This document shows, in pieces, positions 1-11,599 of a DNA stretch of 64,000 nucleotides (positions within the stretch are counted from its first letter, which is position 1; each line of letters begins with the position of its first letter). Source of the stretch: Isurus oxyrinchus (Eukaryota); NCBI GenBank assembly GCA_026770705.1, contig JANJGN010000002.1, forward strand, positions 210,800,001-210,864,000, in the 5' to 3' direction. The notes below the pieces were generated by a model, which searched no databases, was not told the origin of the DNA, and saw only the letters and a list, made by a program, of their open reading frames with translations. Both the position numbers and the translations under genes were made by a program.

Positions 1-2829
1 TACAATTAAACAAAACAGCTGTTTATCTTTGATTCTTTGTTTGTCATTCAGCTTGTTTTGCCTCTTGCTGGAATAAACATTTTTAGTTTGTTCGTAGGCC
101 ATAGTTTCTGCATTTGTCGAAATTTATATGCAGTGAAACTTGCATTGGTGTTTGCGTGTTTTATCTATATCGGTATTTGCCTCGTTTTGCCTTTTCCTGA
201 CTGTGTGCCTCTGTATTCAATTTTTTTTAACCATGAGCCAATGTATCTCCTTTCTTGGTCCTATACCTCCAGAATTTTTTCCGTTTCTGTGTACATGTGT
301 GTGTATATCAGCAATAATACAAAGCCATGAAAACATGATGAATCATGATCCAATTTTCAATTTAGAATTTTTCTTCCAGCAAGGACAAAAGCACTATTTA
401 ATTTGCTCATGGAAAACTGTGTGTTCTTTCAGACAAGAACAGGAATAATAGTAGATCCGGATAATATGAAATATTTATATATAAAGATCAAAAGCAAAAA
501 CCCTTTAAGAAGCTATTTGGTGAATGCAGCCAGGGCTGACGTACAGTCCAATGGATTAAAGGCATTGTGGTAAATGAGACTGAAATGGACATTAAGACAA
601 CTGGTATTTGCAGATGAGCCTACGGGAGCATGGATGATTCAGTTAGATGATAAATAGCTGGAAGAAATGTGTACAATTTACATGAGTAATGTTTGACAAA
701 TATGGCCAGGAATAGTATGTGTGCTGTCATTTGGTCAGATTTGGTGAATGCGGCTGGAAGATTTAAATGGAGCTTGATTTTTCAATTGCTGTGGGGGTGA
801 GGTCAGGTGTGGGCACGCTTTGAAAATACGGATGGTGTGTCAGTGTCGTGATGCCTCTGGGATGCACTGCTATTTTCAAAGCAAGCATGGACAGAGAGGA
901 TAGGGAGCTAGCAATCCCCTCGCCTCTGTATTAATTGCCAGCTAAGTTCTTTGAGGAGCTTGTTAATAGGCTGGAGAGGACAAATCGCATATTGGCAAAC
1001 TGAAACAGTCTAGTGCTCAGCTGTTGGCAGCAATGTAGAGAGACATTAAGTCATGTTTCTACTGAAAATATTTAGGAGAAAATGGTTATTTTCTCAGCAG
1101 GTCTGGTACCTTATCGCTGACCATCTGGCCACTTGTCTGTGCCGTGAAGCTACTGGACCTCTGATCTTCTGCCTCCTCTATTCTGCAAGGCAGCAGCAAG
1201 CCCAGTCATGGCTTTTGTCTGTCTTCGGGGATTGTAGAGTCAGTTTCCACCTCCTGGCAGCACTTGGCACCTCGAATTGAGCACCAAGCTTGTAGTTGTT
1301 CCAATTTCGGGCATCGGCATTTTAAAATAGCAATGTGGATGTAGCACAGGGTTCGGACCTAGTAATGAACCAGGCATTCCCACCCCCAGCTCGAAAATTA
1401 AGCCCATGGTGATTGTGGTATGACAGATGCTTATGAAAATAGGCATCTGGTGAAGTGTCTGGGATGAAAAGGCCCCCTTTAAATAAATATCATTGGAGGA
1501 AACCTGAGTGGAAGAAGTGTAACTTGTTTAGATGGTTGGCATGTGTTAAGTGTGTTTGGAAAGCAGATAAATACTTCACATAAATGGTTTCTATTGACTG
1601 TAGTTGGAAGTGGAATAGATGTTTTAGACAAGTGGGTCTTTAGTCAAACTGTTGCTCTGACTGATGAAGATTTGGATATATTTTATGTATGAAATCCCTT
1701 GCTTAATTTTGTAAATTGAAATCACGGGCGGGATTTTCCGGCCACTCTCGCCAGCGGGATCTTCCAGTCCCACCAAAGTCAACGGAGATTTGAATGACTC
1801 ACCACATCCCGGTCTATAATATTTGCGTAATTCTTACAATTTAAAAAAAACAAGTTTTTTATTCTTTAGTAATTCCGCCTAACTGATAATTTAAAGGCTG
1901 CAATTTTGGTTTCCACAATTTGATTCTCTGAATGTGTGGAGGAGTTGGATTATGGCACGGCTTTTGCAGCAGCAATGGCAATGAAGCTGTCAATGCTCAT
2001 TGTTATTAATCCTCTGAAACCAATAGCAACTCCTGGAGTCAGCACATGAGGGCAGTGGAGATGGTAAATGTGCTGCAGTTAAGCTTGGAAATCTGGAAGG
2101 TACTGTCAGTGTTCTCCTGAGGCTCTGCTATTGCGGTTCCCCTAGTCTGCATTAATTAAAAATCATTGAACTGAGAAGAACTTCCACTTCTATACTATTA
2201 GCCTCACTGTAAAAACTCTTAAACATTATACCCTGTTGAATGAGTCGAGGTGTGATTGAGTTTTTAATGGCACACTAAGTTCATATTTACTACTAAACAG
2301 CCTCACTGGCCCTGAAAGAGTAATTTAATATTTGTTAAATGCTAATTTTTTCCATTATGACAAGTTCCACATTTATTAAAATATTTTAAGTTTATGATAA
2401 TTTAGCTTCACCTTAATCCAATGTGTATGCCTCAACCATTTATTTTGCTATTTGTCAAATTTACTTCCTGCTTTGCTGTCTGTGAGAGTAATTCAACGTG
2501 ATTGGCTACTTATACTGCTTGATGGCATCACTACTGCTGGAGATCCTCTTGGTCCCAGATTCACACTGACATCGGGAAAGGGAAAGTCCACACCACAGAA
2601 ATTGCTAAATTTTTGCGAGCCGTGTTCTTCAAAGTCAGCAGTGAGCAATGTTCCTTTGCTGCTGACCTGAAATCCAATCCACTAAACTTTTAAAGTCTTG
2701 AAATTGGATGGAGTGATATTAGCTTAGGGGTGGTTAATATTTAATATTTCTGTATGAAAGTCATCTTCTACTCCCATTTATTTTAAATATTTTACACTAA
2801 TTTTGCATACTTAATTTCAGGAGCAAATT

Positions 2830-4340
2830 TTCAAGCAGTCTTTCTCATATATTTGATGACCCAGCTTTATGAACTCATTCTGTAGATCAATTTCCTAACT
2901 GTATTAAATCCACATGAAATTGATGCATACACTGTTATATGCAACCAATTAGGCCAAAGAGAATTTCCACTCTTATCCCCTGTCCCCACAATGCCATTAG
3001 ATACAAAGGCCATAGATATGTTTCTGGCATGAAATTCTGATATTCCAAAAGCTTTTTTATTATGTGCAATTTCATTGTGCCATCTGGTTTCCTTACTGGT
3101 CACTCACTAGATATTATTGAACATATGGTGAACTTTGTAATTAACCTCATTCTTGCAGGATCATTCCTAATGATGGGTACATCCCATGGACCTATCACTG
3201 AAGCAGTCCATCAATACATCACAACCATGAAGAAATATTACACCCAGACAGACTTGCAAATACAATGGTTCCAACATGTTTAATGAGCATGGAAAGTTTT
3301 TGGTGAATTCTGGTGAATTGAAATAAAATTTAGCAATAGCGTCCTCTAATCATTTGTACCAGCAGAAGGAATGCTGAAAGATACTCTAAATTCAACAGTT
3401 TTTATCAGTTCAAATATCGTCCAGGCATATATCATAATAGTTAACTTGTTTTTACTTTCATTGTAATAAAAGCAAAATACTGCGGATGCTGGAAATCTGA
3501 AACAAGAACAGAAAATGCTGGAAAAACTAAGCAGGTCGGACAGCATCTGTGGAGAGAGAAACAGAGTTGATGTTTTGAGTCCCAATGACTCTTCTTCAGA
3601 GCTGCAGAGAAGCAGTCATTGAAGATTGTTTTCTTGATATTTCACTAACCTTCTGCTACATCTACTGAAAGAGATGCCCTTTCTGCAAAGCCCATGGAAT
3701 TGTTTCTGTGACTTCTTCTCACACTAAGAATATTACAGTGGAATCTCTTTAAACACATTACTAGTTCAGCAAGAAATGGATGCTTGCAACAAGAATTATC
3801 CTTTGATGGCAAATGCTATAAATACCAGTTTATAAACCAGCTAGTTAGCATATATATGCTCAAATCCAATTAATCACTTGTTCACTGATTCAAACTAAGC
3901 AAAGACAGAGCACTTATCAAAAATCTGTGATTTCACACAAAAGTGTGAAATCTAAAATATGCTGCTGCATGTAAATGACATTTGGCAATGATTTGATGGA
4001 ACATAGTGTTCTGATAATCAAGATCTGGATAATTTAGAAGTAAGAAATTAGAGCAGACACAGTAAAGATAAATAGGAATTGGTTTAGCCCACTGGGATAT
4101 AGCAATGTCCCATTTCCACTATGGGTTAGGTAACCCAGGATCTGGATACATTCCTGTTCAGCTTCTGTCAATCTAAAACTGTTAGCGCACAAATTACAAA
4201 CTTTTTTTGCCTCTCACTTCAGCATGCATGAATGAGTCAGCACTGCCACACTGATTTCATCTGTTAAGACTTCTTTACATCACAAGTACTACTTTTTCAA
4301 GCAAATCAAACCAGTGCTTTGATGGAAACAGCTCTTTGCA
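2830..4340 (-). mobile_element. Very old hAT-like (ZNF862/Zaphod-type) transposase remnant, interrupted by Penelope pieces
   Basis: Minus-strand peptide scraps resemble hAT motifs: MAFVSNG...GTGDKSG (cf. F.SDGA..M.G...G), a downstream QCMH (cf. HC..H) and YFFMVVM..DG.SD (cf. FS...DGSTD). Heavily frameshifted; recognised by eye only. Confidence 0.3.
3470..3604 (-). mobile_element. Penelope-like element terminal repeat fragment with decayed hammerhead
   Basis: Reverse complement matches the 3' end of the PLE at 6018-6115; minus strand reads AGCT-CTGAAGA-A-GAGTC-ATTGG-GACTC-AAAAC-ATC-AACT. Confidence 0.85.
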
Positions 4341-4358
4341 GAACTCAGGAGATGTTAG

Positions 4359-6118
4359 AGGCCCGAACAATCCCCAACCACCACTACTCTCCTCCGTCTG
4401 GCTGAACTTGTTCTCACATTGAACAATTTCTCCTTAAACTCCTCTCACTTCCTCCAAATAAAAGGTGTGGCTATGGGTACCTGCATGGGCCCCAGCTATG
4501 TTTGTCTCTTTATGGGGTATGTGGAACATTCCTTGTTCCAGTCCTACTCCGGCCCCCTCCCACAACTCTTTCTCCGGTACATCGATTATTACTTCGGTGC
4601 TGCTTCATGCTCTCGTCTGGACTTGGAAAAATTTATAAATTTTGCTTCCAATTTCGACCCCTCCAACATTTTCACATGATCCATCTCTGACATTTCCTTT
4701 CCCTTCCTTGACCTCCCTGTCTCAATTTCTGGTGATAGACTGTCTACCAATATTCATTACAAGCCTACCAACTCCCACAGCTACCTCGACTACAGCTCCT
4801 CACATCCCGCTTCCTGTAAGGACTCCATCCCATTCTCTCAGTTCCTTTGCCTCCATCTGATGATGCCATTTTCAAAAACAGTTCCTCTGACATGTCCTCC
4901 TTCCTTAACCGAGGTTTTCCACCAACGATAGTTGACAGGGCCCTTAACCGTGTCCGGCCCATCTCCTGCGCATCTGCCCTCACGCCTTCTCCTCTCTCCC
5001 AGAAACACAATAGGGTCCCCCTTGCCCTCACTTATCACCCCACCAGCCTCTGCATTCAAAGGATCATCCTCCACCATTTCCGCCAACTCCAGCATGATGC
5101 CACCACCAAACACATCTTCCCTTCACCCCCCCGGCGGCATTCTGCAGGGATCATTCCCTCAGGGACACCCTGGTCCACTCCTCCATCACCCTCTACACCT
5201 CAACCCCCTCCCACAGCACCTTCCCATGCAACTGCAGAAGATGCAACACCTGCCCCTTTCCTCTCCGTCCAAGGGCCCAACCTCTCCTTTCAAGTGAAGC
5301 AGCATTTCGCTTGCACTTCCCTCAATTTAGTCTACTGCATTCGTTGCTCCCAATGCAGTTTCCTCTACATTGGAGAGACCAAACGTAAACTGAGTGACCA
5401 CTTTGCAGAACACCTTCAGTTTGTCTGCAAGCTTAACCAGACCTCCCTGTCGCTTGCCATTTCAACACTCCACCCTGCTCTCATACCCACATGTCCGTCC
5501 TTGGCTTGCTGCATTGTTCCACTGAAGCTCAACGCAAACTAGGGGAACAGCACCTCATCTTCCGACTAGGCACTTTACAGCCATCCGGTCTGAATATTGA
5601 GTTCAACAATTTTAGATCATGAATTCTCTCCTCCATCCCCAACCCCTTTCCGATCATTCCCCCCACCCCACCCCCATCGCCTTTTTTTCTAATAATTCAT
5701 AAAGATTTTTCTTTTCCCACCTACTTCCATTATTTTTAAATATATTTCCATCCATTGTTTTATCTCTACCGTTTAGCCTTTTTTTGATTCCTTCACCCCA
5801 CCCCACCCCCACTAGGGCTACCTGTACCTTGCTTGTCCTGCTTTCTACCCTTAATTAGCACATTCCTCAGATAATATCACCACCATCAACACCTCTTTGT
5901 CCTTTTGTCTGTGACATCTTTTGGTTATCTCCACCTATCACTGGCCCTCTATCCAGCTCTACTTGCCCCACCCCTCCTTAAACTAGCTTATATTTCACCT
6001 CTCTTCTATTTTTACTTAGTTCTGTTGAAGGGTCATTTGGACTCGAAATGTTAACTGTGTTCCTCTCCACAGATGCTGCCAGACCTGCTGAGTTTTTCCA
6101 GGTACTTTTGTTTTTATG
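4359..6118 (+). mobile_element. 5'-truncated Penelope-like retroelement (RT C-terminal half + GIY-YIG endonuclease + 3' terminal repeat), frameshifted
   Basis: RT motifs QIKGVAMG...LRYIDY (4419-4679); GIY-YIG NLVYCIRCSQC..YIGETKRKLSDHFAEH (in ORF 4847-5542); flanking 14-bp duplication tcaggagatgttag (4345-4358) / tcagtagatgttag (6119-6132). Confidence 0.92.
6018..6056 (+). ncRNA. Minimal type I hammerhead ribozyme motif (variant core) in PLE terminal repeat
   Basis: AGTT-CTGTTGA-A-GGGTC-ATTTG-GACTC-GAAAT-GTT-AACT: helix I AGTT/AACT, helix II GGGTC/GACTC, GAAA box, NUH triplet. Confidence 0.65.
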
Positions 6119-8060
6119 TCAGTAGATGTTAGGTTGGCTGGAATTCATATCAATTCACTACTAGTCATTTTGGTAATCTCTTCATAGGTGATTGGAAACT
6201 AAACTGCAAGAAAAAGTCATTGGTAGTTTGTTAACTGAACACTATCTACAAGTTGGAAGAATTAGTGGGAAGTGATCTGGTACATTTTAATTATATAAAC
6301 CACAAATGAATAGGAAGTGGCGTGGTTCACTTTAATTCTGTACGACAACTTTGTAATTCTTTACTGCAGATGATAAGTTAAAGCACTCACTATTAAAAGA
6401 TTTAAAGAATCCCTATCATGCGACTGTGGAACTCCTAATCAGACCCTGAAGCACATCATGAAACACTGCCCTCATAGAAAATTAGCAAACAGCCGCAAGA
6501 TACTTACACTGTTATACCAGATACTTGGTCTCCTTATCTGACTTAAATATTGATATATGTTTTTTTTTTTTTGCTACCAGTATTCAGAAGACGTACTAAA
6601 GGATTGTTCACCCATTGCAACTCAGTTCAGTGGGAATGATTTTGCGCAATTATGGTCAATTGAAGATATTTTTAAAGCGTAGCAGTCAATATGTGATTTG
6701 GCCAATTGGAATTCTATAGCCTGTTAATAAATCATGTAAAGGGGTATGTCTATTCAAATGCTGTACAATAGGACTAAATATGAGAAGGTGGGTATACTGG
6801 AATTTGACAACGGATGAGAAAGGAAATTGTCTACCAAATACGTGTGAATATTAATGGGTTTAGTCTTTTCTAATGAATATGATGAGGGAGGAGTTTAATG
6901 TTGTGGAATTATATGTATGGTTCAGGTATGTGGTTATCTGAAATAAGCAGATTTTTAACAAGTGCTGATGACTATTATGTTTACTGAAAACAGCCGTGAG
7001 AGGCGAGGAGACAGAAACAGTGCATACAAAGAGTTGAATGTAATTATTAAAGAGAGAAACAGTGTTTACACAGAGTGAGAGTGAGAAAGGATGGAGAGAA
7101 GAATAGAAAGGCTATGACTAATGGTAACCAAAAGATCAGGCACCAAGTAAAGATCCATGCAGCAGTTGAATGTGGAAGGCAGTGAGCAAGGATGGAGACA
7201 GTCATAAGGGAGGCAGAGGATGAAGCCATTTATTTTTCTCTCCATTTTCTTTTAACTTCTCCTGCTGATCCCACAAAATATGGTGAGTCTAGTGATGGAG
7301 ATAATTTCATTTGTTACATTAGGAACACATCAATTGAGGCTATGTCTCATAGGGCACATAATTTTTGAGAACTTGTTCTTTTATTATGTTTAAAAAAAAC
7401 TTATTTTCCCTTCCTCCTTTGCTTAAGTAAAATGTGTTCCCTTTATGACACAATATAATGGTGTACTGATTGGTGCTGTCACAGTGAGCTTATTTCTATT
7501 GAACCAATTTTTTGTATTTTCAGATATAATGAACTACTGTCCTAGTCAATAAAACATAACTAGGTATTGATCGTACTGCTCCCATTCTGCTCTGTATACC
7601 TAGTTTGTTAGTCAACTGGGTGCGCACAAATGGAGAAATATGTGCCATAACAAAATGTCTTTTCATCGCAGATGTTAAGTTGTAGCGTTGGAGGTTTCCA
7701 TTGATGCCTTTTCAATCCTAAACAATGCACTAAAAAGATATACTGAGATTACTCCTTTAATCTAAGCAAAACCTTGTATTCTCACGGTTCTTTACCATGC
7801 CTCCATTTGGGTCTTCCTGTCATGGTTGTAGCTTGGGAAACTATCACCGCCGAAAAGGTAGCTTCTTATGTGACCAGGAGGAACTGGAGTGGTCCTGCTT
7901 GCTCCGTAGCAATCCTGCTGACTGTGGTCATCTTCCTTCTGCTGTCCTCCCCACTACCTGAGACTTACCTGAGAGCTTTGGCCAGCATGGCAAGCAGCTT
8001 TTAATCCATTTTTGAAATAGTCAAGCTAACTCCAGAAGCACAATAGGTTGTCTAAATTAA

Positions 8061-8498
8061 GTGAGGCCTGAGGCCTAATATTGGATCAGCCTCAGGTCTC
8101 CTGGTTGGGCTGCAGCTAAGAGGTGCAGAGTAAAGAACTAACATCAGGAGCACCTGATACCGATGTTAGTACCGATGTAACTATGATGCAATGTCACAAG
8201 ACTAAGAGACTGCGATCTGGTGGGAAGCAGAGGTACAACCTCGAGTATTGAGATGTATATGGATCTGTAAATAAACAAGAATGGTTTTTACGAATAACAG
8301 TCTGTGTTAGCATCCTTAGGGTAACCATCAAACCCTAAAGAAACTCTATGTGGACCCCGAATTTGAGACAAAACAAGAGGCTGTGCATAGTTACATCAAT
8401 ATCAGGTACTCCTGATATTAGCCCTTTACTCTGTACCTCTTAGCTTGCAGCCCAACCAGGGGTCTGAGGCTGGCCCAATATTGGGCCTTAGGCCACAC
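8061..8498. mobile_element. Non-autonomous DNA transposon (MITE) with ~125-bp terminal inverted repeats, flanked by TTAA
   Basis: 8061-8185 is the diverged reverse complement of ~8386-8498 (e.g. cctggttgggctgcagctaagagg / cctcttagcttgcagcccaaccagg); TTAA at 8057-8060 and 8499-8502. Confidence 0.8.
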
Positions 8499-8729
8499 TT
8501 AACACTTTAGAGATTGGTATCCTTGCAATTGTCCTGATGAGTACGAGCCAAAAAGCTTTGACAAAATGTCTTTTTTCAGCAATACTTACTAATGGATAAG
8601 AATTACAGGCAGTGTTAATGATTTCTAACAACTGCACAGAAGGCAAAGCTGATGCTTCCAATAGAACCTGCAAGAAAAATGTACCAGTTTGGTGTCAGTT
8701 CTTTGTCAATTTTCTATCTTCTATTGCAG

Positions 8730-8844
8730 TGACTTTGAAGCCTCACAAATGCGTCAACTCTCAGAGCACTTTGAAACAATTCCAGGTAGTGAAGCAGAAC
8801 GTTCCACTTGCACTACAGGGAGCTCCATCACAGCATGTAAAAAG
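8730..8844 (+). CDS. SPHKAP: SPHKAP (SPHK1-interacting AKAP) coding exon, equivalent to mammalian exon 2
   Basis: Pyrimidine tract plus ttgcAG acceptor, AAG|GTAAAT donor. 115 nt (1+38 codons) encoding DFEASQMRQLSEHFETIPGSEAERSTCTTGSSITACKK; the SITACKK ending matches recalled human ...GNSITACKK at the same exon boundary. Confidence 0.88.
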
Positions 8845-9697
8845 GTAAATAATCTTACCACTTCAACGCAAAATGCACTCCATATGTGACTTGCAATTGC
8901 TTGTAGATACCACACAGCAGGCAATTGCACAGCTCCAGAAACTGAGTGGGATCTGACAGCTAGCAAGCAAATGCTATTAAAAGAGTTTTCTGCTGAGGGT
9001 CTAAAAATTATTTCTGGAGAATAATAGTTTCACAGTATGAGCATAATCACCCATCAAAGACAAAATATGAGTTATCAACATCCAGACAGAGGCCATTCTT
9101 CAAGTTGAATAAAACAGTTTTTAAAAGCAGCACCTTTGGAGCAATTTGATAGTTTGTCATTTGGACTCTTCAATTAGACCATGGAAAACAACTCCCTTCC
9201 AGTTTTCTTTTACCCCACAAATAAACCATAGGATCCCCTCTATTAGATTCTAGCCTTTAATTTTCTCCAAGATATCCATTATTATTCAATCTATCATTTG
9301 ACCAAACCCTTCGATTAGATTCCAGCCTGTAACTCATCCTGTGTATTGGCTATCTACGACAAATTAAAGTGGTCAGCAGACTCAATATAACTGTAGATAG
9401 CAATAAGATTGTCACATTCAGTGATGTAAAGGTATCTGACAGAGGAAAATGCCAATAAGACTTTATTATGATCAGTTATAAGCAATGAAGAACACATTAA
9501 AAATATATAAATAGCAAAATAGAATCAAAATGTTCTTGTTAGAAAGCAGCACAGTTCTATCGGAGGTCACCCAGGATCAGGGCAGCTACAGTGATGTTTC
9601 CTTTGCCAATCTTTTTCATGCATCCATGTCTAAATCAAAGCTGTAAGATATGAAGCTGTGTCAATCCTGCAAGAACCAGAATCTGATCATGTCAGTA

Positions 9698-10075
9698 ACT
9701 TTTTTTCGTTTATGAGATATGAGTATTGCTTGCAAGGCCAACATTTGTTGCCCATCACCAATTTCCTTTGGAAAGATGGTGGTGAACCACCTTCTTGAAT
9801 CACTACAGTCTTTTTAGTACAGGTACACTCACAGTGCTAGGAAGTTCCAAATTTTTGACACAGTAACAGTGAAGGAACAGTGAAATATTCCCAAGTCGAT
9901 GGTGTGTGACTTGTTGGCAAACTTGCAGGTAATGGTGTTCCCATCCTTTTGTTGCCTTTGTTCTTGATGGTGGAAGCCCTGTTGAAGAAGTTTTGTCGAG
10001 TTGCTGCTGTTTATTTTGTAGATGGTCCACATGCAAGCATGGTACACCAGTGGTGGAGGAAGTGAATGTCTAAGG
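9698..10075 (-). mobile_element. 3' fragment of L2/CR1-like LINE (same family as 41785-43094)
   Basis: Reverse complement matches the tail ...ttcaagaaggtggttcaccaccatc...gatgggcaacaaatgttggcc of the element at 42980-43090. Confidence 0.75.
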
Positions 10076-11599
10076 TAATAACTGTGATATAGTTTGGATA
10101 GGAATTTAATAGGGTGAATATTATTCCTTGGTATTTTATTAATTACACCATATAAACATAATCACACGTCAATGACATAAAATGTACCAATATTCACCAT
10201 CTAGGCATAGCGATGCCTGAATCAAGAGGCTTAAGAATCAATAGAAATTCATCCTGGGGCCTCATCAACAGATGTGAAACAAGTTCCCAGCACTTTAACT
10301 GCATTGAGCCTGTACCAGCAATATGTTTGAGGGAAGACATCAATGATAGGATACCTGTTTCACAGGCAGCAACCCTCAGGTAAGTTTGGGATGAGTGGGA
10401 TTGGAGCAGGTTCTCATGAGTTGGGAGCTAACAATTCCTGTAGGGGAGTGCTTTGCCTTTCAACTTCTCTATAGAGCTTCAAGAAAGGTTAGGGGTGGTG
10501 GAGGCAGTGGGGTAATGGAGCAATGTGGTGAAGGTGAGTAGAGATGGGGGTAACCTGGGGAAGGAGTGATTGGTCAGTCAGGGCAGGGTTGTTGACTGGA
10601 GGGGTGAGGTAGTAGCCAGGGGGTTGACAGGCAAGTGAGGGGAAGGGGGGGAGTGGGGAATCAAACAGAGGGACGAAGGGTGATCTGGAGAGGCGGTTGG
10701 CTGATTGGGGTAGGATGGAGAATCAGCCAGAGTGGATTAAATTGGGAGGTTGGATGGAGGGGGCTGATCATCCTGGAGGCGAGGTCAGGTTCTGAGAGGG
10801 GAAGGTCGGAGACCCTTTTATTAAACTACCATGTGCAGGCTCTTGGTAAATTACAATTTCTTCAAGTTATGCTTCCACCTGCTTCTATGCGGTGCAGCTT
10901 GGTGGCTTCAGTGGAGATAGAGGCAGGCTGGTCACTCCCCTGCAATGACTGCTCAGATGCTTTTGGCCTATGACCTCTAGCACCAAAGACTGCTCCACCT
11001 GGACTTATGCCAGGGGCAGACCGGCCATTGGGAGAAGAGGCAATATTGCAGGTTCTAGCTGAGGAAAGGAAAGAGTGAAATGTGAGAGATGAAGATTGCT
11101 TTGAGTTGAGATCACACTTCCATGTCCCCACTTAACATCATTCATGTTGATCAGCAGCATCTCAACCCGAACATTCTGCTGGCAGCAGCTGGTTGAAAAT
11201 CAGTGACGAGTTATAGTCACAGATAAACTATCTGCCATCCTGCTTAATGTGGCTGTCGCATAGGCATTCAAAGTCTGCACATACCTTCCTTGAAACTTTG
11301 TGGAGGAGTCTCTCTTTCTCTCTCTGTCTCTCTTATTCTCTCCCTATCTCTCCTGCCTCCTCTCCTTCAGATTAATATACTAACCAATAGCTAAACACAT
11401 TCAAAACCCACTCACTTACACAAAGTTAAAATGGGGCCCAATATGTGCTCTTCACACGATTATGTGAAAATTCTGATGACAACAACTTCTTATACAATTT
11501 GATCCTTACATATATATTTTTTGCAATCACCCATAATGTTTCACTTTATGTAGCTATTATTAGAAACATTTTCAACTTGTCCTTTCTTAGAAGCGAAAT

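Noticed and set aside
7240-7565. Candidate SPHKAP first exon (ATG|gtgagt at ~7280; AG-bounded segment 7524-7563)
   Set aside because: Phase incompatible with the phase-2 start at 8730, or an in-frame stop; no similarity to the known N-terminus.
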